A stretch of 64,000 nt of DNA from contig JAHHDR010000025.1 of NCBI GenBank assembly GCA_019739215.1, positions 8,959-72,958 of the forward strand. The letters run 5' to 3'. The DNA is from Rhizobium sp. (lineage in GTDB: Bacteria; Pseudomonadota; Alphaproteobacteria; Rhizobiales; Rhizobiaceae). Of the stretch, positions 51,228-62,308 are shown piece by piece (within the stretch, counting starts at the first letter, position 1; each line of letters begins with the position of its first letter). Position numbers and translations under genes: made by a program. Below the pieces are notes generated by a model that had not been told where the DNA came from, searched no databases, and saw only the letters and a program-made list of their open reading frames with translations.

Positions 51228-51902
51228 ATGATTGAACAAGCGAACGTGGCGACATTGCGCAAGAAGCGCGCACATCCGGCGGCAGGCGAAACGACAGAGA
51301 ACGAGTTCCTCGATGCCGCCGAGCGCCAGTTTGCCGAGAACGGATATGCCGGGGCGAAGATCCGGGCGATCGCCGACGAGGCCAAGGCGAATCTCGGCGC
51401 CCTTCACTATTACTGGGGAAGCAAGGAGAGCCTGTTCCGGGCCGCCTGTCGACGTCGCATGGCGCCGATGATCGAGGAGCGCATGGCGCGGTTCGAGGCG
51501 CTGGGTGAGTCGCCTTCATCGATCGAGCAGATCCTCCGGGCCTATTTCGAGCCTGCGTTCCTCAGCCATCGTGAAGATCCGGCCAGACGCCGCCTGTTCT
51601 GTCGTACCTATACGCGCATCCTCACCGACCCTTCGCCCGAGGTTAAGGCCATCGTGATCGACATCTTCGCCGAACCCACCAAACGGTTCGTCGGGTTGCT
51701 GCGGGGCGCCTGTGGGCATCTCGACGATTCCGCCTTCTACTGGCGACTTCATTGCGTCTTCGGCGTGTTCCAGCACGCGGCAGGATATACCGACGATATC
51801 GGCGTGCTCGCGGAAGGCAGGTTCGACACGTCCGATCTCGATGCGGGCATAGACCGGATCATCCAGTTCGTCGCAGCCGGCCTGAAGGCGCCAGGCGTCT
51901 AG
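51228..51902 (+). CDS. TetR/AcrR family transcriptional regulator
   Basis: LDAAERQFAENGY...IRAIA..A.ANLGALHYYWGSKESL HTH. Confidence 0.92.
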   Translation: MIEQANVATLRKKRAHPAAGETTENEFLDAAERQFAENGYAGAKIRAIADEAKANLGALHYYWGSKESLFRAACRRRMAPMIEERMARFEALGESPSSIEQILRAYFEPAFLSHREDPARRRLFCRTYTRILTDPSPEVKAIVIDIFAEPTKRFVGLLRGACGHLDDSAFYWRLHCVFGVFQHAAGYTDDIGVLAEGRFDTSDLDAGIDRIIQFVAAGLKAPGV

Positions 51903-51921
51903 CCGCGAGACGGGCAGTCGT

Positions 51922-53139
51922 TCAGCGGTCGCGCAGCATAAGGATGGCGCAACGCGCGCCAGCCTCCACGGCTGCGGCACGCGGGGGCCGGACGACAAGG
52001 CAGTCCGATCGGGCGAAGATCTTCATCTGGGACGAATCCTGCTGACTAAAGGGGTGCGCCTCCAGTTCGCCATCGTCTCGTCGGTGCAGCGTGGCGCGCA
52101 GGTGATCCTGGCGATGATCGTTCGCCGACAGCGGCGTGGCGGCAATCGCCGTCGCATTCCTGGTGCGCATCGGGCGACGCGACATGTAGGCCACCAGTGG
52201 CTCCAGGAAGAGCAGCGCGCAGACCATGCTGGAAACCGGGTTGCCAGGCAGTCCGAGCACGCGTGCGTCTCCCAGCGAACCCACCATGAGAGGTTTGCCC
52301 GGTCGCATGGCAATGCGCCAGAAATCGAGTTCCATCCCGGAAGACACCAGCGCGGCCTGCACGAGGTCGTGGTCACCGACGGAGGCTCCGCCGAGCGTTA
52401 CGACAATATCGGCGCCGGCGGCGCGGGCACGCGCCACGGCATTGCCAATCGCGGTGTGGTCGTCGGCAATGATGCCGAGGTCGATGATATCAGCACCGGC
52501 CTCCCGTGCGAGTTGGCTGACACCGAAAATGCTGGAGGCGATGATCTGGTCCGGTCCCGGCGTCTCGCCGACCGGAACCAGTTCGTCACCCGTCGCAATC
52601 AGGGCGACGAGGGGGCGGGCGTAAACAGTGACTTCCGAATGGTTCATGGCCGCTGCGACGACGAGGTTGCCGGCATCGAGAATCGTGCCGGCCGGCAGCA
52701 CCTCCTCGTGCGTCACGAAATCCTGGCCGCGCGGCCGGATATGGCGTCCTCTTGCCAGCACGAAGCTGTTCTCGATGACGCCGTTCTCATGCCTGACCGC
52801 ATCTTCCTGCAGCAGCACCGCGTCGGCGCCCGCGGGAACCGGCGCCCCGGTGAAAATCCGCACGGCCTCTTGCGGACCGACAACGCCCGGAAAGCTGCGC
52901 CCGGCGGCGGACTCCCCGATCACGCGCAGGCGGTTGCCGAGCTGCGAAACATCCTGCGCGCGAACGGCGTAGCCGTCCATTGCGGAATTGTCGAAGGGGG
53001 GCTGCGTCATGCGCGCGGCAAGGGGCGCGGCCAGCGCACGGCCGCCCGCTTCGCCCAGAGGGATCGTCTGCGTTCGCGCCATCCGACGTGCGCCGGCGAT
53101 CAATCTTTCCTGTGCTTGCTCGACCGGAAGCAGCGACAT
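51922..53139 (-). CDS. moeA: Molybdopterin molybdotransferase MoeA
   Basis: SAMDGYA, IFTGAPVP, TGDEL, GGASVGDHD and LPGNPVS motifs. Confidence 0.96.
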   Translation of the reverse strand: MSLLPVEQAQERLIAGARRMARTQTIPLGEAGGRALAAPLAARMTQPPFDNSAMDGYAVRAQDVSQLGNRLRVIGESAAGRSFPGVVGPQEAVRIFTGAPVPAGADAVLLQEDAVRHENGVIENSFVLARGRHIRPRGQDFVTHEEVLPAGTILDAGNLVVAAAMNHSEVTVYARPLVALIATGDELVPVGETPGPDQIIASSIFGVSQLAREAGADIIDLGIIADDHTAIGNAVARARAAGADIVVTLGGASVGDHDLVQAALVSSGMELDFWRIAMRPGKPLMVGSLGDARVLGLPGNPVSSMVCALLFLEPLVAYMSRRPMRTRNATAIAATPLSANDHRQDHLRATLHRRDDGELEAHPFSQQDSSQMKIFARSDCLVVRPPRAAAVEAGARCAILMLRDR

Positions 53140-53145
53140 GGTGCC

Positions 53146-53628
53146 CTATGCCCCCAGGACGTAGTCACCGGACTTGCCGCCCGACTTGCTGCGGAGACGG
53201 ATGCCGCCGATCTCCATGCCCTTCTCGATCGCCTTGCCCATGTCGTAGAGGGTGAGACAGGCCACCGAGACGGCCGTCAGCGCCTCCATCTCGACACCGG
53301 TCTTGCCGGTGATGCTGACCGTGGCGGCGACACGCAGACCGGGCAGGTCCTGATCGGGCGTTATGTCGACCGAGACTTTGGAAATCAGCAGGGGATGGCA
53401 GAGCGGAACCAGATCCGACGTCCTCTTTGCCGCCATGATGCCGGCGAGCCGGGCGGTGCCGATGACATCCCCCTTGGCGACGTTACCGTCAAGGATCTGC
53501 TGCAGTGTTCCCGGAAGCATCTTGACGAAGCCTTCCGCCACCGCCTGGCGCGTCGTCTCAAGCTTGCCGCCGACATCCACCATGTGGGCCTCGCCGGCTT
53601 CGTTGAGATGGGTGAGACCCTCAGCCAT
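53146..53628 (-). CDS. moaC: Cyclic pyranopterin monophosphate synthase MoaC
   Basis: HMVDV, KGDV, PLCHP and TGVEMEAL motifs. Confidence 0.97.
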   Translation of the reverse strand: MAEGLTHLNEAGEAHMVDVGGKLETTRQAVAEGFVKMLPGTLQQILDGNVAKGDVIGTARLAGIMAAKRTSDLVPLCHPLLISKVSVDITPDQDLPGLRVAATVSITGKTGVEMEALTAVSVACLTLYDMGKAIEKGMEIGGIRLRSKSGGKSGDYVLGA

Positions 53629-53630
53629 CG

Positions 53631-54443
53631 CTATTCCGCCGCAGCCGGTTCGGCGCCGTTGAGAAGTTCGGCGGTGGCGCGGGCGACATCAGTTTTGCGC
53701 ATCAGGCTTTCGCCGACGAGGAACGTGCTGATTCCCGAGCCCGCAAGGCGTCGGCAGTCGTCATGGGTGAAAATGCCGCTTTCGCCGACAAGAAGCCGGT
53801 CGGCGGGGACCTTGCGGGACAACCGTTCAGACACGGCGAGATCGACCTCGAAGGTCCGAAGGTTGCGATTGTTGATGCCGACGAGAGGCGAGGCGAGGCG
53901 TAAGGCGCGATCCAGTTCCTGTTCGTCGTGGACTTCGATGAGGACAGCCATGCCAAGCTGGAACGCATGCTCTTCCAGCGAGCGTGCCTCGTCATCCGAA
54001 AGCGAGGCCATGATCAGCAGGATGCAGTCCGCACCCCAGGCACGCGCCTCGTAAACCTGATAGGGCTCGAACATGAAATCCTTGCGCAGAGCCGGCAGCG
54101 TGGTTGCATCGCGTGCGTCCGAGAGATAGCCGGGAGCGCCCTGGAAACTGGGACCGTCGGTCAGCACCGAAAGACATGCGGCGCCGCCGGCCTCATAGGC
54201 GCGGGCCAGCGCAGGCGGATCGAAGTCCGGACGGATCAGGCCCTTTGACGGGCTGGCCTTCTTGATCTCGGCAATCAGCCCGAACTGGCCGCTGGATTTC
54301 TTGTCCCTCAGCACACCAAGAAAATCGCGAGGCGGAGCCACGTCGCGGAGACGGGCCTTCAGCTCGCCTTCCGGCATCAAGGTCTTGGCCGCCGCGATCT
54401 CTTCGCGCTTGTAGGCCTCGATCTGTCTCAAAATGTCAGTCAT
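53631..54443 (-). CDS. trpC: Indole-3-glycerol phosphate synthase
   Basis: [28 protein letters not shown] and ESGI motifs. Confidence 0.97.
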   Translation of the reverse strand: MTDILRQIEAYKREEIAAAKTLMPEGELKARLRDVAPPRDFLGVLRDKKSSGQFGLIAEIKKASPSKGLIRPDFDPPALARAYEAGGAACLSVLTDGPSFQGAPGYLSDARDATTLPALRKDFMFEPYQVYEARAWGADCILLIMASLSDDEARSLEEHAFQLGMAVLIEVHDEQELDRALRLASPLVGINNRNLRTFEVDLAVSERLSRKVPADRLLVGESGIFTHDDCRRLAGSGISTFLVGESLMRKTDVARATAELLNGAEPAAAE

Positions 54444-54448
54444 GACGT

Positions 54449-55459
54449 TCACCCGTTCGAGACTGCGACGAGCCGGTCGAGCGCGGCGCGCGCAGCCCCG
54501 CTGACAATAGACTGCCTGGCGAGCGACACGCCCTCGCGAATGTCGGAGGCCTTGCCCGAGATCACCAGCGCAGCGGCAGCATTGGCGACGGAAACGTTCC
54601 GATAGGCATTCTCCGCGCCATTGAGGATCGCACGGAGCGCAGCAGCATTGTGCTCGCCGTCGCCGCCACGGATCTCGTCCAGCGTGCAACTGTCGAGGCC
54701 GAAATCATCCGGCGCCAGGGAGAATTCGCGAATCGTCCCATTCTCCAGAGCAACAACGTCGGTTTTGCCAGTCAACGTGATCTCGTCGAGACCGCTGCCG
54801 TGCACAACCCAGACATTCGTAGAACCCAGGCTTTTCAGAACCTCTGCCACCGGCCTGAGCCAGTGCGGGGAGAAGACGCCGAGCAGTTGCCGCCTGACGC
54901 CTGCCGGATTGGAAAGCGGGCCGAGGAGATTGAAGATTGTCCGCGTGCCGAGTTCGACGCGGCTCGGACCGACGAAACGCATCGCGGTGTGATGCGCCTG
55001 GGCAAACATGAAGCCGATCCCGGCCTCGCCGATGCAGCGTTCGGTGACGTCCGGGGTGATGTCGAGCTTCACGCCGAGCGCCGAGAGCGCGTCCGCCGTG
55101 CCCGATTTCGAACTCTGCGCTCGATTGCCATGCTTGGCCACCGGTACACCAGCGCCGGCGACGATGATCGAGGCGAGCGTCGAGATATTGTAGGTATGGG
55201 TTCCGTCTCCGCCGGTGCCAACGATGTCGATGGCATCTTCGGGTGCTCTCACGACCAGCATCTTCGACCGCATCGTACTGACCGCGCCGAGGATTTCGTC
55301 GACAGTCTCGCCCCGAACGCGCAGCGCCATCAGCAGGCCGCCGATCTGGGTCGGCGTGGCTTCGCCGGACATCATGATGTCGAAGGCCGTCCGTGCCTCC
55401 TCGACACTGAGAGACGCGCCGGTGCCGACCTTGGCGAGAAGAGGTTTCAAGTCAGCCAT
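54449..55459 (-). CDS. trpD: Anthranilate phosphoribosyltransferase
   Basis: [18 protein letters not shown] and RTIFNLLGP motifs. Confidence 0.97.
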   Translation of the reverse strand: MADLKPLLAKVGTGASLSVEEARTAFDIMMSGEATPTQIGGLLMALRVRGETVDEILGAVSTMRSKMLVVRAPEDAIDIVGTGGDGTHTYNISTLASIIVAGAGVPVAKHGNRAQSSKSGTADALSALGVKLDITPDVTERCIGEAGIGFMFAQAHHTAMRFVGPSRVELGTRTIFNLLGPLSNPAGVRRQLLGVFSPHWLRPVAEVLKSLGSTNVWVVHGSGLDEITLTGKTDVVALENGTIREFSLAPDDFGLDSCTLDEIRGGDGEHNAAALRAILNGAENAYRNVSVANAAAALVISGKASDIREGVSLARQSIVSGAARAALDRLVAVSNG

Positions 55460-55476
55460 GCCCGATATCCCCTGTC

Positions 55477-57372
55477 CTAGCGCGCGACCATCAGTTGTTC
55501 GGCCAGGGTCCGGTTGAAGGAGACGCCGTATTCCGCCTGCAATTCCCCGACCATCTGGTTCAGCAGGTCCTGTCCGGCGCTCTGCGCCAGTTCGCGGGTC
55601 TGGGCATCATTGTTGTCGAGGGCATCGGTCGGGGCATTGTCGTTGATCTCCTTGACCAGGATGACAACCTGGCTATCGCCACCCTCGATGGCGGCATTGG
55701 TGACCAGTCCCTTCGGTCCGTTGAAGGCGGCAGTCACCGCATCGGTACCGAGCACAGCGTCATTGGCGCCACGGCGTATTCCGGACTTGGATTCCACGGC
55801 GAGCTTCAACTCAGCCGCGACATCGGCCAGGGACTTGCCGGCCTTAACCTGGGCGACGGCTTCTGCGGCTCGCTTGGCGATCGCGGCGCGATGCTGCTCC
55901 TGCGTCCAGTCGGCAACGACCCTCTCCTTGACCTCTTCGAGAGTCCGGTCGCGGGCGGGTACGATGTCAAGCAGTTCGAACCAGACATAGCCGCCGTCAT
56001 CGAGTGCCAGGGGCAGGGGCTCGACACCGACTTCGGATTTGAAGACTTCGTTGACGAGCTTCTGGCCGGCCGGCACGTCGGCGACCTCGGCGTCCTTCAT
56101 GTCCTTACCTTCGGCGTCGATGGCGTCGATCGTCACGACCATGAGCTTCTGCTGCTGCGCGCTTTCGGCAAGGGACGCGCCCGAAGCTCGGACGTCCTCG
56201 AAGCTCTTGTAGACATTGCCGATCTCGTCATTGGCGAGCACGAGGGCGAGTTCCTTGCGAATGTCCTCCTTCACGTCGTCCAGAGACCTGACGACCTCGG
56301 GGCGGATATTGGTGATGCGCAGGATCACGGGCCCCACCAGACCGTCTATGGCACCCGTCGTGCCACCGTCGGCGGCAACACCGAATGCGCCCTCGGCCAT
56401 TGCCGGCGTCGGCATCATGTCCTTGCGAAAATCGCCGAGCAGAACGTCACTCGCGGTCTTGCCCTGTTCAGTGACGAGCTGGTCGAACGTCGTTCCGGCC
56501 GCAAGCTTGGCAGCGGCTGCTTCGGCCGCCGCCTTGTCGGGGAACGTCAGTTGCTCGACGGTGCGGGTCTCGGGCGTGCGATAGCTTTCCTTGCGCCGCT
56601 CGTAATCTTCCTTGATCGCCTCTTCCGACACCGCGGTCGGATCGGCGATATCGGCAGGCACCAGCTTGACATAGCTGAACTTGCGGTATTCAGGCGCCTT
56701 GTACTTGGCTTTGTTGGCCTCGAACCAGGTCGCGAGCGCGTCGTCGGCAGGCGGCGCGACAGGCGCGACGCTGTCCTTGCCGAGGATCATGTAGTCGAGG
56801 TCGCGGCTCTCGTTGCCATAGGCCTTGAGCGCGTCCGTCAGCGCCTGGGGCGGAACAAAGCCGTCGGATACGGCGTCGACGATCTGGCTGCGCACGGCCT
56901 GCTGGGTGACCGAGACGAGGTAATCCTCCTGGCGTATATTTGCCGACTGAAGCTGCGCATTCATCCGGTCGCGGCTGAACCCGCCCGTTGCCGGATCCTT
57001 GAAGGCGGGTTCGTCCTGGATGACCGTCAGGATACGATCTTCCGAAAGGCCGAGCTTCATGTCGTCGGCGAGCTGGTCGAGCGCGGCACCGGAGACAAGT
57101 CGTCCATAGACCATCTGCTCGGCGCCGAACATCTTGGCCTGTTCAAGGGTCAGGCGGGTGCCGAACTGTTGGGAAATCATGCCGACCACATTGGTGAAAG
57201 CGATGCGGAACTCGGTGTCCGACACCTTCTGGTCGCCCACCGTGACGACGGCGCTGGAGGTTCCGGCAAACATCGAGGCCTGCACGCCCCAGATGCCGAA
57301 TGCGAACACCATCACGATCAGCAGCAGCTTGGCAGCCCAGGTATCAGCGCCTTTACGCAGCGATTGAAGCAT
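55477..57372 (-). CDS. ppiD: PpiD-like membrane-anchored periplasmic chaperone (SurA N-domain + rotamase)
   Basis: N-terminal TM (FAFGIWGV), PEYR and PETR motifs, 631 aa, adjacent to trpD. Confidence 0.8.
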   Translation of the reverse strand: MLQSLRKGADTWAAKLLLIVMVFAFGIWGVQASMFAGTSSAVVTVGDQKVSDTEFRIAFTNVVGMISQQFGTRLTLEQAKMFGAEQMVYGRLVSGAALDQLADDMKLGLSEDRILTVIQDEPAFKDPATGGFSRDRMNAQLQSANIRQEDYLVSVTQQAVRSQIVDAVSDGFVPPQALTDALKAYGNESRDLDYMILGKDSVAPVAPPADDALATWFEANKAKYKAPEYRKFSYVKLVPADIADPTAVSEEAIKEDYERRKESYRTPETRTVEQLTFPDKAAAEAAAAKLAAGTTFDQLVTEQGKTASDVLLGDFRKDMMPTPAMAEGAFGVAADGGTTGAIDGLVGPVILRITNIRPEVVRSLDDVKEDIRKELALVLANDEIGNVYKSFEDVRASGASLAESAQQQKLMVVTIDAIDAEGKDMKDAEVADVPAGQKLVNEVFKSEVGVEPLPLALDDGGYVWFELLDIVPARDRTLEEVKERVVADWTQEQHRAAIAKRAAEAVAQVKAGKSLADVAAELKLAVESKSGIRRGANDAVLGTDAVTAAFNGPKGLVTNAAIEGGDSQVVILVKEINDNAPTDALDNNDAQTRELAQSAGQDLLNQMVGELQAEYGVSFNRTLAEQLMVAR

Positions 57373-57545
57373 GTCTTCCCGTCCAATTCACAACAATTTT
57401 CGGCATTTGGCGCAGAATTGGCGCCACTTTGGTTAAGGCTTTTAGAGAGCGTAACCCGCAGGAGCAAGCAGTTTTTGCCCTGCCTGACCGTGTGAGCGGC
57501 GCAGCCGGTACGCGTATGTTTTTTTACGCATACAGCTTTACAATT

Positions 57546-57560
57546 ATCATATTATATGAT
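57546..57560. promoter_or_regulatory. Palindromic operator upstream of the sugar ABC operon
   Basis: ATCATA-TTA-TATGAT perfect inverted repeat, 43 bp upstream of the ytfQ start. Confidence 0.5.
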
Positions 57561-57603
57561 TTTAAAAATGTGCTGCCACATCGGCAATCTTTGGGAGGAT
57601 ACC

Positions 57604-58569
57604 ATGAAATTGTTCAACGCACTCGCGGGTGCGACGGCTTTGGCCGTCACCATGTTCGCGGCCACCACGGCCAGCGCACTGACGGTCGGATTTTCGCAGA
57701 TCGGCTCGGAATCGGGCTGGCGCGCCGCCGAAACCACTGTCACCAAGCAGGAAGCCGAAAAGCGCGGCGTCGATCTCAAGTTCGCGGACGCCCAGCAGAA
57801 GCAGGAAAACCAGATCAAGGCGCTTCGCTCCTTCATTGCGCAGGGCGTGGACGCGATCTTCGTGGCGCCTGTCGTCGCCACCGGCTGGGATGACGTGCTG
57901 CAGGAAGCGAAGGATGCCAATATTCCCGTGATCCTGCTCGACCGTACCGTCGACAGCGACAAGGAATTGTACCTGACTGCCGTGACGTCCGACCTCGTTC
58001 ACGAGGGCAGCGTCGCGGGCAAGTGGCTGGTAGACACCGCCAAGGGCAAGGACTGCAGCATTGTCGAACTGCAGGGCACCACGGGCTCATCGCCGGCCAT
58101 CGACCGCAAGAAGGGCTTCGAGGAAGCTATCGCCGGCGCTCAGAACCTCAAGATCATCCGCAGCCAGACCGGCGACTTCACCCGCACCAAGGGCAAGGAA
58201 GTCATGGAAAGCTTCCTGAAGGCCGAGAACGGCGGCAAGAACATCTGCGCGCTCTACGCGCACAATGACGATATGGCCGTCGGCGCCATCGAAGCCATCA
58301 AGGAAGCTGGCCTCAAGCCCGGCACGGACATTCTCGTCGTGTCGATCGATGCCGTTCCGGATATCTTCAAGGCCATGGCGGCCGGTGAAGCCAATGCGAC
58401 CGTGGAACTGACGCCGAACATGGCCGGCCCTGCATTCGATGCGCTCGACGCCTACCTCAAGGACGGCAAGGCACCGCCGAAGTGGATCCAGACCGAGTCC
58501 AAGCTCTACACCCAGACGTCGGAAGACCCGATGAAGGTCTACGAAGCCAAGAAGAACCTCGGCTATTGA
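57604..58569 (+). CDS. ytfQ: Sugar ABC transporter substrate-binding protein (galactofuranose YtfQ-like)
   Basis: VGFSQIGSESGWR.AET, DAQQKQENQIKA and HNDDMA motifs; signal peptide. Confidence 0.88.
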   Translation: MKLFNALAGATALAVTMFAATTASALTVGFSQIGSESGWRAAETTVTKQEAEKRGVDLKFADAQQKQENQIKALRSFIAQGVDAIFVAPVVATGWDDVLQEAKDANIPVILLDRTVDSDKELYLTAVTSDLVHEGSVAGKWLVDTAKGKDCSIVELQGTTGSSPAIDRKKGFEEAIAGAQNLKIIRSQTGDFTRTKGKEVMESFLKAENGGKNICALYAHNDDMAVGAIEAIKEAGLKPGTDILVVSIDAVPDIFKAMAAGEANATVELTPNMAGPAFDALDAYLKDGKAPPKWIQTESKLYTQTSEDPMKVYEAKKNLGY

Positions 58570-58582
58570 TCTTTTGCTGAAC

Positions 58583-58613
58583 GGACGTGCCGCGGGCTCT
58601 TCGCGGCACGTCC
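58583..58613 (+). other. Intercistronic stem-loop after ytfQ
   Basis: 12-bp stem GGACGTGCCGCG/CGCGGCACGTCC with no U-tract; typical mRNA-stabilising hairpin after binding-protein genes. Confidence 0.55.
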
Positions 58614-58678
58614 TGCATTGCGTGACCCCGTCTTTTGGCTAACGTGCTGGAGTCGATGCGGGGGTGGGGAGGGCGTTC

Positions 58679-60202
58679 ATGCCGGTAGGCCAGGAGAGTG
58701 TGCTCGTCGCCACGGGCATGTCGAAGCAATTTCTCGGTTCCAAGGCGCTTGACGGCGTCGACTTCGACCTTAGACAGGGCGAGGTCCATTCACTCCTCGG
58801 CGAGAACGGAGCGGGCAAGTCCACCCTCATCAAATGCCTGACCGGCGCCTACAGGCGCGACGCAGGGACATTGCACCTCGCAGGGGTGGCGATCGATCCG
58901 CACAACACGTTCCAGGCGCAGCAGCTCGGTATCGGTACCGTCTACCAGGAGGTCAATCTCCTGCCCAACCTGACGGTTGCGGAAAACCTCTATCTCGGAC
59001 GCCAGCCCCGCCGCTTCGGGCTGACACGGACGCGCCAGATGCTGCGGCAGTCGCGCGCACTGCTGTCGCAATACGGCCTCGACATCGATCCCGCCGCGCC
59101 ACTCGGCCAGTTTTCGGTGGCCGTACAGCAGGTCGTGGCCATTGCTCGGGCTGTTGACCTGTCCGGCAAGGTCCTCATTCTCGATGAACCGACGGCAAGC
59201 CTCGACGCGCATGAGGTCGAACTCCTGTTCAGGGTGATCGAAGACCTGAAGGCGCGCGGGCTCGGGATCGTCTTCATCACCCACTTTCTCGAGCAGGTCT
59301 ACCGGATCTCGGATCGCATCACCGTGCTGCGAAACGGAACCCTGGTGGGAACGCGCGATACCGCATCGCTCGAGCGCCGCGATCTCGTTGCCATGATGCT
59401 GGGACGCGAACTTGGCGAGCAGACAAGTCATGCGGGGGTTGCCAACGATCGCGCCGGCGCCGCGCGTGTCCGCTTCAGGGGCGTGGGCCGCCGCGGCCGG
59501 ATCGCGCCCTTCGACCTCGATATTGCCGAGGGCGAAGTGGTCGGGCTTGCCGGACTTCTCGGGTCGGGCAGGACGGAAACCGCCGAAGTCATGTTCGGCC
59601 GGACGCCCGCGGATGCAGGCTCCATCGAGGTCGAGGGGCGAAGCGTCAGCCTTTCCTCTCCGCAGGCAGCCATCGCGGAGGGTTTCGGCTTCTGCCCCGA
59701 GGACCGCAAGACCGACGGGATCGTCGGCGACCTCTCGGTGCGGGAAAATATCGTGCTGGCGCTGCAGGCGCGCCAGGGCTGGGCCAAGCCTATATCCCGC
59801 AGCGAGCAGAACGAACTCGCCGACCACTACATCCGCGCGCTCGACATCCGCACGGATGGTCGGGAGAAGCCGATCAAGCTGCTCTCGGGCGGCAATCAGC
59901 AGAAGGCAATCCTGGCGCGATGGCTGGCGATGAACCCGAAGCTGCTGATCCTGGACGAGCCGACGCGCGGCATCGATGTCGGCGCCCACGCCGAAATCAT
60001 CAAGCTGATCCGGGAGCTCTGCGCCAACGGCATGTCGCTGGCCGTGATCTCGTCGGAACTCGAGGAACTGGTTGCCTATAGCTCCCGCGTCCGGGTGCTG
60101 AGGGACCGGCAGCATGTCGACGAATTGTCAGGGGAAAAAATGACGACAGACGGAATTGTCGCGGCGATCGCGGCATCGGACGGGGAAGGGGCCGCGGCAT
60201 GA
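58679..60202 (+). CDS. ytfR: Sugar ABC transporter ATP-binding protein (YtfR-like)
   Basis: GENGAGKS, LDEPT, LSGGNQQK and DEPTRGID; two ABC domains. Confidence 0.9.
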   Translation: MPVGQESVLVATGMSKQFLGSKALDGVDFDLRQGEVHSLLGENGAGKSTLIKCLTGAYRRDAGTLHLAGVAIDPHNTFQAQQLGIGTVYQEVNLLPNLTVAENLYLGRQPRRFGLTRTRQMLRQSRALLSQYGLDIDPAAPLGQFSVAVQQVVAIARAVDLSGKVLILDEPTASLDAHEVELLFRVIEDLKARGLGIVFITHFLEQVYRISDRITVLRNGTLVGTRDTASLERRDLVAMMLGRELGEQTSHAGVANDRAGAARVRFRGVGRRGRIAPFDLDIAEGEVVGLAGLLGSGRTETAEVMFGRTPADAGSIEVEGRSVSLSSPQAAIAEGFGFCPEDRKTDGIVGDLSVRENIVLALQARQGWAKPISRSEQNELADHYIRALDIRTDGREKPIKLLSGGNQQKAILARWLAMNPKLLILDEPTRGIDVGAHAEIIKLIRELCANGMSLAVISSELEELVAYSSRVRVLRDRQHVDELSGEKMTTDGIVAAIAASDGEGAAA

Positions 60203-61203
60203 CCGGACTGCTTCCGCCGACAATCCTCAGGATCCTGCCGCAGCTCGTGACCCTCGCGATCGTGCTGATACTCAATGTCATCCTCTTTCCGAGCTTCTTT
60301 GATATCTCGTTTCAGAACGAGCGGCTCTACGGCAGCCTGATCGATGTGCTGAATCGCGGCGCGCCGGTGGCGCTGCTGGCGGTGGGCATGACGCTTGTCA
60401 TTGCCACCAAGGGCATAGACCTGTCCGTTGGCGCGGTGGTGGCGATTTGCGGCGCCGTCGCGGCGTCTTCGATCGCGGACGGGCATTCGGTTGTGGCCGC
60501 AGTGCTCGCGGCGCTGGCTGTGGGCGCGCTCTGCGGCATCTGGAATGGATTCCTGGTGGCCGTGCTGGGCATCCAGCCGATCATCGCCACGCTCGTCCTG
60601 ATGGTGGCGGGGCGTGGCATTGCCCAGTTGATCACCGAAGGTGCGATCCTGACCTTCACCGACCAGGGCCTGATCTTCATCGGCAGCGGCACCTTGATGG
60701 GGCTTCCCATGCCGATCGTGATCTGGGTTGTATTCGGGCTGCTGGTCGCATTGCTGGTTCGGCGGACGGCGCTTGGCCTGCTGATCGAATCGATCGGCAT
60801 CAACCGCCAGGCGAGCCAGCTGGCCGGGGTCCGCACCACGGCGCTGCTGATCACCTCCTACCTGGTCGCCGGTCTCTGCGCGGCAATTGCCGGGCTGATC
60901 GTCGCCGCGGACATCAAGGGGGCGGACGCCAACAACGCCGGCCTCTGGCTCGAACTCGACGCGATCCTGGCGGTGGTGGTCGGCGGCAACTCGCTGCTTG
61001 GCGGCCGGTTCAGCATCCTCGGGTCGCTCCTGGGGGCAGTCATCATCCAGGCGATCAACACCGGCATCCTGACGTCGGGATTTCCCCCGGAATACAATCT
61101 CATCATCAAGGCCGTGATCATCGTGGCGATCCTCGTCATCCAGTCGCCGCGGATCGGCGAACTGACGGCCTTCCTCAAGAGCAAGCGCGCGGGCGAAGGA
61201 TAG
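60199..61203 (+). CDS. ytfT: Sugar ABC transporter permease (YtfT-like)
   Basis: GIDLSVG and ADANNAGLWLELDAILAVV motifs. Confidence 0.87.
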   Translation: MTGLLPPTILRILPQLVTLAIVLILNVILFPSFFDISFQNERLYGSLIDVLNRGAPVALLAVGMTLVIATKGIDLSVGAVVAICGAVAASSIADGHSVVAAVLAALAVGALCGIWNGFLVAVLGIQPIIATLVLMVAGRGIAQLITEGAILTFTDQGLIFIGSGTLMGLPMPIVIWVVFGLLVALLVRRTALGLLIESIGINRQASQLAGVRTTALLITSYLVAGLCAAIAGLIVAADIKGADANNAGLWLELDAILAVVVGGNSLLGGRFSILGSLLGAVIIQAINTGILTSGFPPEYNLIIKAVIIVAILVIQSPRIGELTAFLKSKRAGEG

Positions 61204-61216
61204 AAGCAGGGCCATC

Positions 61217-62185
61217 ATGACAAGAGCGAAATACCTGCCGCTGATCGCGACGACCGTGATATTCGTGGTCGCCTACGCCCTCTGCTATATGCAGTTTCCA
61301 AACATCCTGTCGACGAGGGTTCTCGGCAACCTGCTGACCGACAATGCGTTTCTCGGTATTGCCGCGATCGGCATGACCTTCGTCATCCTTTCGGGCGGCA
61401 TCGACCTGTCGATCGGCTCGGTCATCGCCTTCACCGGGGTGTTCCTCGCGGTGATCCTCCAGAACACCGATATCCATCCGCTGCTCGCCTTCGCGCTGGC
61501 ACTGGCGATCACGACGGCGTTCGGGGCGTTGATGGGCGCGATCATCCACTATCTCGACATGCCTGCCTTCATCGTCACGCTGGCTGGGATGTTCCTGGCG
61601 CGGGGCATGGCCTTCGTGCTGACGATTGATTCCGTTCCAATCGTCCACCCCTTCTACAAGACGCTCAAGTCGTTCTTCATCATGCTGCCGGGTGGCGGTC
61701 GAATCACGCTGATCGGCGGGCTGATGCTTGTCATGTTCGTCGTCGGCATCATCATCGCGCACAGAACCCGCTTCGGCACCAACATCTATGCGCTTGGCGG
61801 CGGCACCGCGACGGCCCGCCTGATGGGCGTTCCGGTGGGGCGGACGACGATCGCGATCTATGCGACCTCAGGCTTCCTCGCCGGCCTGTCCGGGATCGTC
61901 TTCTCGCTCTACACGTCGGCCGGCTATTCGCTGGCAGCGGTGGGCGTCGAACTCGATGCCATCGCCGCCGTGGTGATCGGCGGCACCCTACTGACCGGCG
62001 GAGCGGGGTTCGTCGCAGGCACTTTGATCGGCGTTCTGATCCAGGGCCTGATCCAGACCTACATCACCTTCGACGGCACGCTTTCGAGCTGGTGGACGAA
62101 AATTGTGATCGGCCTCTTGCTCTTTGTCTTCATTCTTATGCAGAAAGGTATTGTGCTCGCTTCAAAAATAGAACGAAGAGCATGA
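61217..62185 (+). CDS. yjfF: Sugar ABC transporter permease (YjfF-like)
   Basis: DNAFLGI, GGIDLS, ELDAIA and DGTLSSWWTKI motifs. Confidence 0.87.
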   Translation: MTRAKYLPLIATTVIFVVAYALCYMQFPNILSTRVLGNLLTDNAFLGIAAIGMTFVILSGGIDLSIGSVIAFTGVFLAVILQNTDIHPLLAFALALAITTAFGALMGAIIHYLDMPAFIVTLAGMFLARGMAFVLTIDSVPIVHPFYKTLKSFFIMLPGGGRITLIGGLMLVMFVVGIIIAHRTRFGTNIYALGGGTATARLMGVPVGRTTIAIYATSGFLAGLSGIVFSLYTSAGYSLAAVGVELDAIAAVVIGGTLLTGGAGFVAGTLIGVLIQGLIQTYITFDGTLSSWWTKIVIGLLLFVFILMQKGIVLASKIERRA

Positions 62186-62308
62186 TGCCCGCCGCATCGG
62201 CCCGAAAATTGAGATCAATTTTCGGAGGCGCGATGCGCACGGAAAAAATGTTGGAGCGTCCTTCGTGCGTCCGATAGGACGCACGGCGCTCCAAGGGGGA
62301 GGCGGACG

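Noticed and set aside
52054-57495. Two 666-aa plus-strand ORFs (52054-54054 and 55495-57495)
   Set aside because: Antisense shadows of moeA-moaC-trpC and ppiD; the equal length appears coincidental and the sequences are unrelated.
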